Source: a virus. Taken from it: 64,000 nt of DNA. Every line of letters begins with the position of its first letter. Position 1 is the first letter of the stretch. The stretch lies in IMG/VR virus record IMGVR_UViG_3300042695_002264, positions 106,519 through 170,518 of that record. One strand, 5' to 3'. Shown here in pieces: positions 8,583-18,346 of this stretch. The notes below the pieces were generated by a model that saw only the letters and a list, made by a program, of their open reading frames with translations, had not been told where the DNA came from and did no database searches. The position numbers and the translations under genes were made by a program.

Positions 8583-10535
8583 ATGAGAAAAAAGCGAGTA
8601 CTTTTCCTTACAGACTATGCAGGTGTAAATACTGGATTTGGTAAAAATATAAAATTACTTTTAACGTATTTATATAAAACAAAAAAATACGAATTATTTC
8701 ATGCAGCTTGCGGTGTTGGTAGGGATAATCCAGAATTTCAAAAATTTCCTTGGAAAACTATAGGGGTAATACCAAATGATCAGTCTTTTATTAGCAGAAT
8801 GCAACAAGATCAGCATTTTGCCAGAATGGCCAGCTATGGAGAGCCAGAAATAGCTAAAATTGTAGAAGAAACAAAACCAGATGTTATTTTTGCTATACAA
8901 GACAGCTGGGGCGCATTATTCGTAGCAGATAAGCCATTTTTTAAAAAAATTCCGACAGTTTGCTGGATTACATTTGATAGCCTTCCTCTTCTTCCAGACA
9001 CCGTTGAAAAAGCCAGCAAGATAGCCAACTATTGGACATGGTCAGATTTTGCAGAAAATGAATTTCATAAACTTGGATTTGATCACGTAAAAACTCAATA
9101 TCCATTAACTAATACGGATAACTTTTATCCGCTTTCAGAAAATGAAGTGCTTACTATAAAGCAGCAGCATGGTATTGAGAAAGATTGTAAAATATTTGGT
9201 TTTGTATTCAGAAATCAATTGAGAAAACTAGTTGGTACATTAATATCTGGATATTCAGAATTTTTAAAGCAAAATCCAGAGATGTCTAAAAAAACAAAGC
9301 TTTTGCTGCATACGCATTTTGCAGAAGGGTGGGATATTATGAGATTTGCAAAGCAATATGGGGTTCCTGAAGAAAATATTTTATGCACCTATATTTGCAA
9401 AGAAACTTATAAATACTTCATTCTCCCATACGCTGGGCAAGATATAGAAAATCCAACAACCAAAAGAAAAACATTAATAACCACAAATGTCAGTATTGGC
9501 GTAACTGATTCGCAATTAAACGAAATATATAATATAATGGATGCCTACCTGCATCCTGCAACATCTGGCGCATGCGAAATACCAATTGTTGAGGCTGCAT
9601 TAGCTGAAAAAATAGTATCTACATGCGACTATTCATTTGGCTGGAATGTTGTAAATCATAATAAGGGGTGTATTCCTATGGATTATTCACTTTACAATGA
9701 ACCTCCAATGGGATCAAGTACTCAGTTTTTAAAATCTCAACCTTATCCATCATCCATATCAAAAATAATGAAAAAAATTTGCGAAATGAAGAAAGATCGC
9801 AAAAAAGAAATGGAAAGACATTCTAGAGAATGGGCATTAAAAAATTATTCAGTTTCTGTAAATGGTGAAAAAATAGAAAATTTTATAGATTCGCAAAAAT
9901 TTATCGAAGATGAGCAGGCATGGGTAGACAAAGAAGTTAAAAATATCAATCCAAAAGCACAAATTCAAAATATTGATGATGACTTGCAGTGGGTATTGCA
10001 GCTTTATAGTAAAATATTAGACACTAATCCTGACCTCAACGATGATGGTGTTAGACATTGGATGATGCAAATTGAAAGAGGAATGCCAAGACAAAATATT
10101 GAATTATATTTTAGAGATGTTGCTAATAAAGAATTGCAAAAAGAAAATCCACAAACATTGGATGTTTTATTTGACAGTAGCGATAAGTTGAATAAATTAA
10201 AAAGACTATTAATTGTACAGCCACAAAGTGCTGGAGATATTTTTATAGTAACATCATTACTTGAATCAATCAGGTCAAAATTTACTAAAGACAAATGGAA
10301 GATATATTTTGCATGCGAGCCTAAATTTTTTGAAATCTTAGCTGGTAATGAAAACATAGATAAAATTATCCCATACAATCAAATTATGGATAATCAAATA
10401 ATTATGGAAGGTCATGGAGATCACAATGGTTATGTTGATATTTGCTTAAATCCATACTTTTCAACACAGAAGTTATTAAATTATACTCATAACAGTTATA
10501 GCATTTCTCAATTCGATCACGAGTTTAAAAAATAA
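8583..10535 (+). CDS. Multidomain glycosyltransferase: GT4 + DUF4214-like helical domain + GT9 N-terminal domain
   Basis: TGFGK, FRNQLRK, YNIMDAYLHPATSGACEIPIVEA (GT4); QLYSKILD..DDGVRHW (DUF4214-like); LLIVQPQSAGDIFIVTSLL..NENIDKII (GT9 N-half). Confidence 0.8.
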   Translation: MRKKRVLFLTDYAGVNTGFGKNIKLLLTYLYKTKKYELFHAACGVGRDNPEFQKFPWKTIGVIPNDQSFISRMQQDQHFARMASYGEPEIAKIVEETKPDVIFAIQDSWGALFVADKPFFKKIPTVCWITFDSLPLLPDTVEKASKIANYWTWSDFAENEFHKLGFDHVKTQYPLTNTDNFYPLSENEVLTIKQQHGIEKDCKIFGFVFRNQLRKLVGTLISGYSEFLKQNPEMSKKTKLLLHTHFAEGWDIMRFAKQYGVPEENILCTYICKETYKYFILPYAGQDIENPTTKRKTLITTNVSIGVTDSQLNEIYNIMDAYLHPATSGACEIPIVEAALAEKIVSTCDYSFGWNVVNHNKGCIPMDYSLYNEPPMGSSTQFLKSQPYPSSISKIMKKICEMKKDRKKEMERHSREWALKNYSVSVNGEKIENFIDSQKFIEDEQAWVDKEVKNINPKAQIQNIDDDLQWVLQLYSKILDTNPDLNDDGVRHWMMQIERGMPRQNIELYFRDVANKELQKENPQTLDVLFDSSDKLNKLKRLLIVQPQSAGDIFIVTSLLESIRSKFTKDKWKIYFACEPKFFEILAGNENIDKIIPYNQIMDNQIIMEGHGDHNGYVDICLNPYFSTQKLLNYTHNSYSISQFDHEFKK

Positions 10536-10536
10536 T

Positions 10537-11760
10537 ATGTCACATCTATTAGAAACTTACAGCTTGCAAACTGGAGCAAAGGCATCAAAGCCTTTTATAA
10601 TTAAAAACTTTTTCCCAGTACCAAAAAAGTACATAACCATTCACAATTCTAGCGGAATGGGCGCAAAAAATTATGATCATTTTCAAGATGTAATTGATGA
10701 GATTTTAGTGAAGTTAAAAGACAATGGTATTGAAATTGTACAAATTGGTGGAGCAGAAGATCTAGCCCTCAATGGATGCGTTCATTTACATGGCAGAACA
10801 AATTATCACCAAACCGCATATATCATTCAAAATTCACTCCTTCATATTGGAAATGACAGTTTTCCCGTCCATATCGCATCTGCGGCGGACAGGCCCATTA
10901 TAGCTCTATATAGTATAACCACGCCAAGTATTGCTGGCCCATGCTTTAATTCAAAAGAAATAAATGACTATAAAGTTTTTTGCTTTTCTCCAGACTATAA
11001 AGGCAAAAAGCCATCCTTTAATCCCAACGAAAGTCCAAAAACAATAAATACAATAAATTTTGAAAATATTATTGAAGCAATTGAAAAGATATTAAATATC
11101 GATACTGGATATAATATAAAAACTATATTCAAAGGGGACAAATATCTTGCAAGAGTTATAGAATTTATTCCAGATACATTGCTTAGACCAGACTTTGCTG
11201 GCGGTAGTTTGATAAACATGAGAGTTGATCTGTGTAACGGCGATATTGATGAAAATTTAATATTTGCAAATTTAAAAAGTAGGAAGTTTAACATATTTTT
11301 AAAAAATTCTAAAAAAATTAAAAATTTGCATATATTGCCTATGTTAAAAGAAAATATTGCTAATATATTCATTGATGTTACTGATGAGGTGGTAGATATT
11401 GAATACATATCATCATTAGTAAATTATGGAATAAAACCAACAATATTATATACTGGAGAAGATGAAGATTATTTTAACGAAATTAAAATAAATTTAATAA
11501 ATTTTAATTTGAATTTTATAAAATACTCTCCACAAAAAATAAAAATAGAGGATATTGTAAAAAATAACAATATTGATAATATTATATTCAAAACAAATCG
11601 CCTCATTTTAAGTTCTGGAAAATTATACCTTTCCATAGCATCTTACTTAAATGGTCAAAGCTCAAACAGTAATTTTGAAAAATTAAACGAAATTAAAAAC
11701 TACAAAGATCTTGACAAAGAATTAGAATTCTGTTATCTTTATATCAAAGAAGATAAATAA
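10537..11760 (+). CDS. GT9 (heptosyltransferase-like) C-terminal domain fused to an unknown domain
   Basis: YITIH..AKNY..IVQIGG..HIGNDSFPVHIASA..PIIALY. Confidence 0.75.
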   Translation: MSHLLETYSLQTGAKASKPFIIKNFFPVPKKYITIHNSSGMGAKNYDHFQDVIDEILVKLKDNGIEIVQIGGAEDLALNGCVHLHGRTNYHQTAYIIQNSLLHIGNDSFPVHIASAADRPIIALYSITTPSIAGPCFNSKEINDYKVFCFSPDYKGKKPSFNPNESPKTINTINFENIIEAIEKILNIDTGYNIKTIFKGDKYLARVIEFIPDTLLRPDFAGGSLINMRVDLCNGDIDENLIFANLKSRKFNIFLKNSKKIKNLHILPMLKENIANIFIDVTDEVVDIEYISSLVNYGIKPTILYTGEDEDYFNEIKINLINFNLNFIKYSPQKIKIEDIVKNNNIDNIIFKTNRLILSSGKLYLSIASYLNGQSSNSNFEKLNEIKNYKDLDKELEFCYLYIKEDK

Positions 11761-11762
11761 TT

Positions 11763-12539
11763 ATGCCTAAAACATCTCAAAAAACAGAAACAGTCGTAGT
11801 CAATTCAGATAGCAATCCTACTGTAGATAGTGATTCGAAAATTTTTTCTAGAAATGAAAGTGGTCTTTTAAATAATACCAAATATAAATACAGCGACGAT
11901 GGAACAATTAACTGGAAATCCATGGTTAAACCAGAATTCTTAGTCCCAAACAAGGATAAATTTACAGCAACAACAGATTTTAATTCTATTGACGTAACCC
12001 AGCTCGACGACAGTCAGCTTTTAATCCTTCTTGGCGGCATTAAAGATGTTGCTTGCATAAGGGGATTCTCTTCCGTTGATTATGATGTTATTACTGCCAG
12101 ACAGGACTATGTTGCAGTTAAATGTAATATATCTTGGATTGCTAATTATGAAACTGGAATGATACCTGTAAAATTTTCAGCCTTAGCTGACGCCCATTTC
12201 GAGAATACGAGTGGTTTTGGTAATAAGTTTTTAATGGCAATTGCAGAAAATAGAGCGTTTATTCGCGCAGTTCGTAATTTTCTTAGAATTAATATTGTTG
12301 GCCAAGACGAAATCGATCCAAAAAAGAAAAATGAAATTATTGAAGAATCCCAACCAACAAATCCAGCTAGTGTTTTAAACAAAGTTATGTCTGAGGTGGG
12401 CTTGAGTTTTGAAACAATAAAGGCAAAGCTTGTAACTGAAAATGATCAAGATGCGGCTGAATGGAATGCAATTTCAGATATTCCCAAAAAACGAATATTT
12501 GAAATTATAGAGAGAATTAAAAGAAAAAATAAAAACTGA
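11763..12539 (+). CDS. Putative single-strand annealing protein (Rad52/Sak-like fold)
   Basis: FSALADA...MAIAENRAFIRAVRNFLRINIVGQDEI pattern; upstream TTGACA-N17-TATCTT at 11711-11739. Confidence 0.45.
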   Translation: MPKTSQKTETVVVNSDSNPTVDSDSKIFSRNESGLLNNTKYKYSDDGTINWKSMVKPEFLVPNKDKFTATTDFNSIDVTQLDDSQLLILLGGIKDVACIRGFSSVDYDVITARQDYVAVKCNISWIANYETGMIPVKFSALADAHFENTSGFGNKFLMAIAENRAFIRAVRNFLRINIVGQDEIDPKKKNEIIEESQPTNPASVLNKVMSEVGLSFETIKAKLVTENDQDAAEWNAISDIPKKRIFEIIERIKRKNKN

Positions 12540-12543
12540 CAAG

Positions 12544-13107
12544 TTATTCGCCTTCACTTGGCAAATCTGGCGGCTTCGAAAACGGTGAAGGCAAGAACAT
12601 AAAGCCATCACATGATTGAAAAAGTATTAAATCATTTGTTACGTGTCTTTGAATTTTAAATAAAGTATCATTAAATTCAAAAATAGAGCCGTCACCATCA
12701 AAGCTAGCAAGCGGATAGATACTCAGTATAGGGATCCTTAATGCAACTTGCCCAGACAATGTTTTTGATTGTTCGTCACTATATTCTTGCATAGATGGAT
12801 AATTTTCCCACCATTGATTGTTATAATTAAAATTTGCAGCAAATGGATTTCCATTATTAAAAAAAACTTCCAACCAAACCTTCCATAACGAATCGCTTGT
12901 AACTGGGATAGCAACATCCTTATTGGATATATTTAGAGTACTATCTGCTGACAAACCAATAAAAATATTAGAATTTGTATTGATATTGACAGTATTTAAT
13001 GTTGAAGAGCATATTGGCGCAAATGGTCCAATTTCAGCCCTTTCTGGATATTTTGTGCTGATCCCTGGCGAACCAAATGGCTCATTTTTTAATATAAAGT
13101 TGCTCAT
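12544..13107 (-). CDS. Hypothetical virion (tail tip) protein
   Basis: Last gene of the tail operon. Confidence 0.45.
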   Translation of the reverse strand: MSNFILKNEPFGSPGISTKYPERAEIGPFAPICSSTLNTVNINTNSNIFIGLSADSTLNISNKDVAIPVTSDSLWKVWLEVFFNNGNPFAANFNYNNQWWENYPSMQEYSDEQSKTLSGQVALRIPILSIYPLASFDGDGSIFEFNDTLFKIQRHVTNDLILFQSCDGFMFLPSPFSKPPDLPSEGE

Positions 13108-13113
13108 AATTAA

Positions 13114-14280
13114 TTATACAACATAGGAGTAATATTCCCTAAAAATATTTATATTAGAACCCAAGATCCCTGTTTTATAAAAATTATTACCAGAAATAGA
13201 ATAGAATGCTGAACCAGTAAAGCCTATATTTTGATTTGGTTGTTCTATCTGCTTGTATACTTCGATTTTTTTATTCTGCTCAAATATATTTGGGCTAACA
13301 TTCATTTTTCCACTATACAATTCGCCTGTTAGCAAAGCATTTTGCCCATCAATTATAAGAGACCAAGATCCGGTAAATGTATCTTGATAGCCATTTTGAT
13401 TAATATTATTACCTTCATATCCACTAATAAAAATATACGCTTCTGATGTTTCTTTATCAGTATTTTTGAAAGTAAGATCAAATATAAAAGATGATCTCAA
13501 TAATGAATTAGCTTCTGATATGGAAGTTGACGGATTAATACTCAATAATAAATCTTGTGTTGGAGATTTTTTATACCTAGATATAAACAAATTTCTTCCT
13601 ATAATTCCAGCATTTGTATGTAAAATTAATGGTATATAAGTATCAACAAATGGAAGTCTATCTTGTATTTGTTCGATATTAAAATTAAAAATTTGATTTT
13701 TATCTATTTTAATTCCAGTTTTCCAATCATTTACTCCAGATATTTGAAAATAAAGTGATTGAATATTATTATTAAAATTACTATTTCTGCCTATTTCTCC
13801 AGAATATAAAATGAATGGGCCATTGTTATTTTTATTTCCAGATATTGTAACTTGCACATTTTCAGTGGAAAAGCCTGAATTTTCATATATAAAATCTATA
13901 ATAGGTAATTCCCCATAAAAAAAGGTTTTAGGAAAAAAATCTTTACTATCCCAACTATATCCTGTTGTCCAATTAAATGAGAACCCACTGGCTTTTCCAA
14001 AATTTCCAGTTTTTGAATAAATGTATTGATCGTTTAAAAATATATTAAAATAATTTTCAGAATAATTTCCTGAAATATTTACAATACTTTGCGGCTGAAA
14101 AGAATAAATAAAATTATTTTCATCAAAAATTTTTCCACTAACAAAATTTATATTTAAATTTTGATTTGTATTGGTGACAATTTCAAAATTGCCACTCCAA
14201 TCATTTTGTTCATTATTCCAAAAAAAATTAAATATACAATTTTTTTGCGGATATATATAGTTTGTAAATCCAGTAATCAT
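13114..14280 (-). CDS. Putative tail tip/fibre protein, [ST]G-rich
   Basis: Beta-rich composition with many hydrophobic-[ST]-G triplets; position in tail operon. Confidence 0.45.
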   Translation of the reverse strand: MITGFTNYIYPQKNCIFNFFWNNEQNDWSGNFEIVTNTNQNLNINFVSGKIFDENNFIYSFQPQSIVNISGNYSENYFNIFLNDQYIYSKTGNFGKASGFSFNWTTGYSWDSKDFFPKTFFYGELPIIDFIYENSGFSTENVQVTISGNKNNNGPFILYSGEIGRNSNFNNNIQSLYFQISGVNDWKTGIKIDKNQIFNFNIEQIQDRLPFVDTYIPLILHTNAGIIGRNLFISRYKKSPTQDLLLSINPSTSISEANSLLRSSFIFDLTFKNTDKETSEAYIFISGYEGNNINQNGYQDTFTGSWSLIIDGQNALLTGELYSGKMNVSPNIFEQNKKIEVYKQIEQPNQNIGFTGSAFYSISGNNFYKTGILGSNINIFREYYSYVV

Positions 14281-16550
14281 GAAAATGTATTAGATGTATT
14301 GTTTCTTTTTGAAGAAGTTATTATCCTAAAAGATTTTGGACGTATAGGTATTTCTTTATATGAGTAAGAAACTCTAAGACCCCTGCTATCTAAAGATGCG
14401 CTTAAAGACTCTAAACCAGGGACAATTGGCAGGAAAAAACCATCACATTCCGCAGACAGAGTAGATAGCCATTTTTGACCATTTCCACCAATAGCCGCAG
14501 GAACTTCAAAAGAAGTAGATGGTTCATTTTCATTTGGCGTCACATCGGTTACGATAACACTGTGCGATAGCCCATAATCGCTATTGACTGGACCAGAAAA
14601 TCCCCAAGAATTTATAGCCTGAGCATATCCAGTTTGATTAGATGAGGAATATTCGCTTTTTATGGTTCTAATCGCTTTAAAGCTAGCAAGTGATGGCATA
14701 ACTACCTTTATTGACTTTCCATTACAATCAATAGAGTAAGATTTTCCTCTGGCATGCTCTAATCCTGGAGATAATTCTGCTGAATTTTCGGAACCATTAT
14801 TAATTACAACATCACGATTTGCATTAATTAAATTTGGAACAATATCTGCGCATTCATCAACTATATCAGGCTTGTCTTGAGGCGGAACAGGATCAAGTAT
14901 TGCATTTGGGTCCTCATAATCATAAACTTCTGTTAAGTCATTTGGATTTTCAGATTCAGATGCTGAAGTAATAGTAATATTATATCTTGGTCGCTTTACA
15001 AATATAATAACCTTTCCATCTTCTTCTATTTGCTTTCTTAATCTTTCCCCAGAAGATACGTAACCCCCAGACTCTTCATTGTTAGTAGTCGGTGCAACTA
15101 AAGTAACTGGAGTGCCTTCTTGGGGGAGGCTTTTTTGGTCATAAATTTGACATATTAAATCATGAGAAACTGTTTTAATACAATCTTCAACTGCCTGAGC
15201 AAAATCTGCCGCCTCAACATCTCCAGAAACATGCTCGCTTACACTGCGCCAATAGCCCTTTCTAACAATATTATTTTGATCTTCAAATGTGCTATTGTAT
15301 GGATTTTTGCCTCTCTGTGAAGGGGGTGGATTAAAAGAAGTTTGTATTTTTTTAAAATTAAACTCGTCTCCACCAGAGCCATTAAAATCGTAAGATTCAT
15401 CATAAGGATAATACAATTCTTGAGTATATTCCTTTGATTGAATATTATTATTCAAAGGATATGCCAAATAAAAATCACCATCTCCATCAATATTTAAATA
15501 TTTAAATATTGCATCTCGAAAATTAGTATTTTTTGAATCAAAATTAAAGTTTGTTGATAAAAAATTTCTCCATTTTGGATCTGTAAGATTTAAAGACATT
15601 TCAATTTTAGATAATACATTATAGCCTAATTTTCTATAGTCTCCATTTGTTAATGCATTATAAACTGATAATGATGGGCAAACTTTTTCTAAAACTTCAT
15701 TATCGGTTGGAAAATTTGGGTGAAGAATTGGAGAAATTGAAACATGCTTATTATCTGTAATATTTAACGCAGCTTCTTGGGTTTGTTTAGTTGGCCATCT
15801 TTCAAAAAACCAAGATGATTGAGAAGATACCCCATCTCTAGTCGCTCCATAATCAAGAGACAAAATCCCACAACCTCCTTGAGGAACATTAATTCTTATA
15901 GAGCCATTTTTTATAGCAACTATTTCATCTTTTCTCCAGTCCCACCACCATCCAATTCCCACATCTGAATAAATACCACCTAAAACACTTCTGTATGTTC
16001 CTTCATAAGAGCACCTTAAATTTTCAGAAATTTTAGGCGCACCAATTATAGCTAATGCTTGATTTGCATTATATGTGACATTGCTAGAGTCACATGGGTT
16101 TGATGACCACTCTTCCTGCCCCAAACCTCCAGCCGAATAGCCAGCCTGTCTTTGCACAACTATATTTAAATTTTTAACTCCAAAACTAAAACTAACTCTT
16201 CCCCTATCATAGCTCGCATTTACTGCTGGAACACTTACGGTTTTTGCTATATTAATTGGCCTTCCGCCAAGCCCTCTTCTAAATAAAACTATGCATTTTT
16301 GATCAAGAGTTATAGAATTATCTATATACTCATAAGTTGTTAAAAATTTTCCTTGTTCTTTATGCGTAGAATAAGAAATTAGCTGCCCAATAAATTCTAT
16401 ACCACCAATGCCGCCGATATTAGATCGATTAAATCCACGATCGCCCAATGTAGTAACTGATAATTTTGCTGGAGAATCGCTAACAGAAGCGCTTAAAGAT
16501 AGCGAAACTATATCTTTATTTGCTCCAATACTTCTTATTTGAATAGCCAT
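14277..16550 (-). CDS. Putative tail tip/hub protein
   Basis: 757 aa, downstream of tape measure; hub-like segment YRSVLGGIYSDVGIGWWWDW. Confidence 0.45.
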   Translation of the reverse strand: MAIQIRSIGANKDIVSLSLSASVSDSPAKLSVTTLGDRGFNRSNIGGIGGIEFIGQLISYSTHKEQGKFLTTYEYIDNSITLDQKCIVLFRRGLGGRPINIAKTVSVPAVNASYDRGRVSFSFGVKNLNIVVQRQAGYSAGGLGQEEWSSNPCDSSNVTYNANQALAIIGAPKISENLRCSYEGTYRSVLGGIYSDVGIGWWWDWRKDEIVAIKNGSIRINVPQGGCGILSLDYGATRDGVSSQSSWFFERWPTKQTQEAALNITDNKHVSISPILHPNFPTDNEVLEKVCPSLSVYNALTNGDYRKLGYNVLSKIEMSLNLTDPKWRNFLSTNFNFDSKNTNFRDAIFKYLNIDGDGDFYLAYPLNNNIQSKEYTQELYYPYDESYDFNGSGGDEFNFKKIQTSFNPPPSQRGKNPYNSTFEDQNNIVRKGYWRSVSEHVSGDVEAADFAQAVEDCIKTVSHDLICQIYDQKSLPQEGTPVTLVAPTTNNEESGGYVSSGERLRKQIEEDGKVIIFVKRPRYNITITSASESENPNDLTEVYDYEDPNAILDPVPPQDKPDIVDECADIVPNLINANRDVVINNGSENSAELSPGLEHARGKSYSIDCNGKSIKVVMPSLASFKAIRTIKSEYSSSNQTGYAQAINSWGFSGPVNSDYGLSHSVIVTDVTPNENEPSTSFEVPAAIGGNGQKWLSTLSAECDGFFLPIVPGLESLSASLDSRGLRVSYSYKEIPIRPKSFRIITSSKRNNTSNTFS

Positions 16551-16561
16551 AAATTGAAAAA

Positions 16562-18346
16562 TTACAGATTATAAATGATTACACCAGTATTGTAGGTTAT
16601 TATATCAATTTCATCGCTTTTTTCTACTTCTTGATAATCAAATCCAAGATAAAGCCTTTGCCCGTTTAGCCAAATCATGGATGTTTTTTTATTAAAATTA
16701 AATGGTACTAAAAAATAAGAACCAGAAGTGTTTTTAATATTATAAGTACCAAAGCCTAATGTATTTTTTTGAACTGTTAATACATTATAGTTTCCACTTA
16801 TATTTCTTAATATCGTATTGGTACCACTGTAATCAATTCCAGAATTTAAAAGTTGACCATTTAAAAAAACAAATGAATTATTAAAATTTAAACTTGATAT
16901 ATTATTGCCACTATTTATCTGCCCAGTCATTAACAGTTCAGATTTTGGCCAAAAATCAATAAGTGAATTATTTTGATTTATAAAACCATAATTTGAATTA
17001 CTAAATATTTTATTTCCAGAAATAAAGTAATCTTCTGATGGTAAATAGTTAATATTTCCACTTTGAATAAGCTCATCATATCCAGAAGATCTCGTTTGCA
17101 ATTGCCCATTATAGTATAATCCAGAAAAATCTTCGCCTATAATGCTATCATATCCATAAGAATTATCTGCATTAATATAATAAAGATTTGTGAAGTTTAT
17201 TCCCGCATCAATTCCAGAATATCCATATATTGATAAAATATCATTAGGATCGATATTAAATGATAAAGATATAGCATTTTGATAATTATAAATATATTCT
17301 GGCCGAGATACAAATGCGGAATTATTAGTAATTGAATATTCGATATAATAACCAGAATCATATTCAAATACATTTGTTCCAGTAAATACACTTGAGCAAA
17401 GTGAAAATAAATTTTGTCCACTAGAATATCCTAAAAAATAACCAGTAAAAACTTTTTGAGCGAATTGATTGAAAATCTCATTATTAAAATCTAAAAATGA
17501 TTCGTGTGTTGCAAAATATTCTCCACTACCAGTACTTAATACAATCTCATTCAGCACGCCACTTGATTGAGCAGAGCACTGTGTTATTTTTATAATATCG
17601 CCATTTAATATGCCAGTTTGTCCAGAGATAGCGCCAGTAATAGTATTTGAATTAATAGATGAAATAATGCCACTAACAAATTCATTTTCAAATATGGAAG
17701 AGCTTAAATAATCTGAATTGTAAATAAATATTTCAGCAACTTCAGCAGATAAAAATCTTCCAGATGGCAAGCTTTGACTTCCTCCAATATAATAATTATT
17801 TGATTTTTTAAAATTTTCATCAAGTGGAGCAAATATTTTTTGAAACGAATTAGATTCTGCATCAAATAAGCCCATTGAAATAGAATTCGATCCATTAATA
17901 GAAAAGCTTACAATTCCAGTTTTATTTGCTTTTAAGCTGTGGCATACAGTAATAGGCCCATAAATTTTATGAGCGTATTCAAAATATGGATAGCCAGCAT
18001 AGTTTATTCCAAAATTGATTCCGGAATCATAATTATAATTTGCAAAAAAAACATTGTCAGATTTTGCATTCCCTAATTTATACGCAAAAATAAAAGATAA
18101 AGAATCTCCACTAAAATAATTTAATTTGGCATAGCTTTGGCCATCAAAACTTGCAAATCCAGATTTCGTCCAAAAATTTCCAGAATTTACCAGCTGTAAT
18201 TGTTCAGCGCGACTTGTCCAGCTTTCGCTTGGAATATTAATTAGCCCAGATATTCCAGTATTAGAAAAATCAAAATAACCAACTATCTGCTCCGTAGATA
18301 GATTTTCATTTTTATCAAAAAAATATTTCATTGAATTTGCTGGCAT
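16562..18346 (-). CDS. Virion protein with LamG/concanavalin-like N-domain and NGQ repeats
   Basis: GYFDF..FDGQSY..YYIGG..EIFIYN (LamG-like); three YYNGQ/FLNGQ/WLNGQ..DY repeats; TAATG overlap supports the MPANS start. Confidence 0.55.
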   Translation of the reverse strand: MPANSMKYFFDKNENLSTEQIVGYFDFSNTGISGLINIPSESWTSRAEQLQLVNSGNFWTKSGFASFDGQSYAKLNYFSGDSLSFIFAYKLGNAKSDNVFFANYNYDSGINFGINYAGYPYFEYAHKIYGPITVCHSLKANKTGIVSFSINGSNSISMGLFDAESNSFQKIFAPLDENFKKSNNYYIGGSQSLPSGRFLSAEVAEIFIYNSDYLSSSIFENEFVSGIISSINSNTITGAISGQTGILNGDIIKITQCSAQSSGVLNEIVLSTGSGEYFATHESFLDFNNEIFNQFAQKVFTGYFLGYSSGQNLFSLCSSVFTGTNVFEYDSGYYIEYSITNNSAFVSRPEYIYNYQNAISLSFNIDPNDILSIYGYSGIDAGINFTNLYYINADNSYGYDSIIGEDFSGLYYNGQLQTRSSGYDELIQSGNINYLPSEDYFISGNKIFSNSNYGFINQNNSLIDFWPKSELLMTGQINSGNNISSLNFNNSFVFLNGQLLNSGIDYSGTNTILRNISGNYNVLTVQKNTLGFGTYNIKNTSGSYFLVPFNFNKKTSMIWLNGQRLYLGFDYQEVEKSDEIDIITYNTGVIIYNL

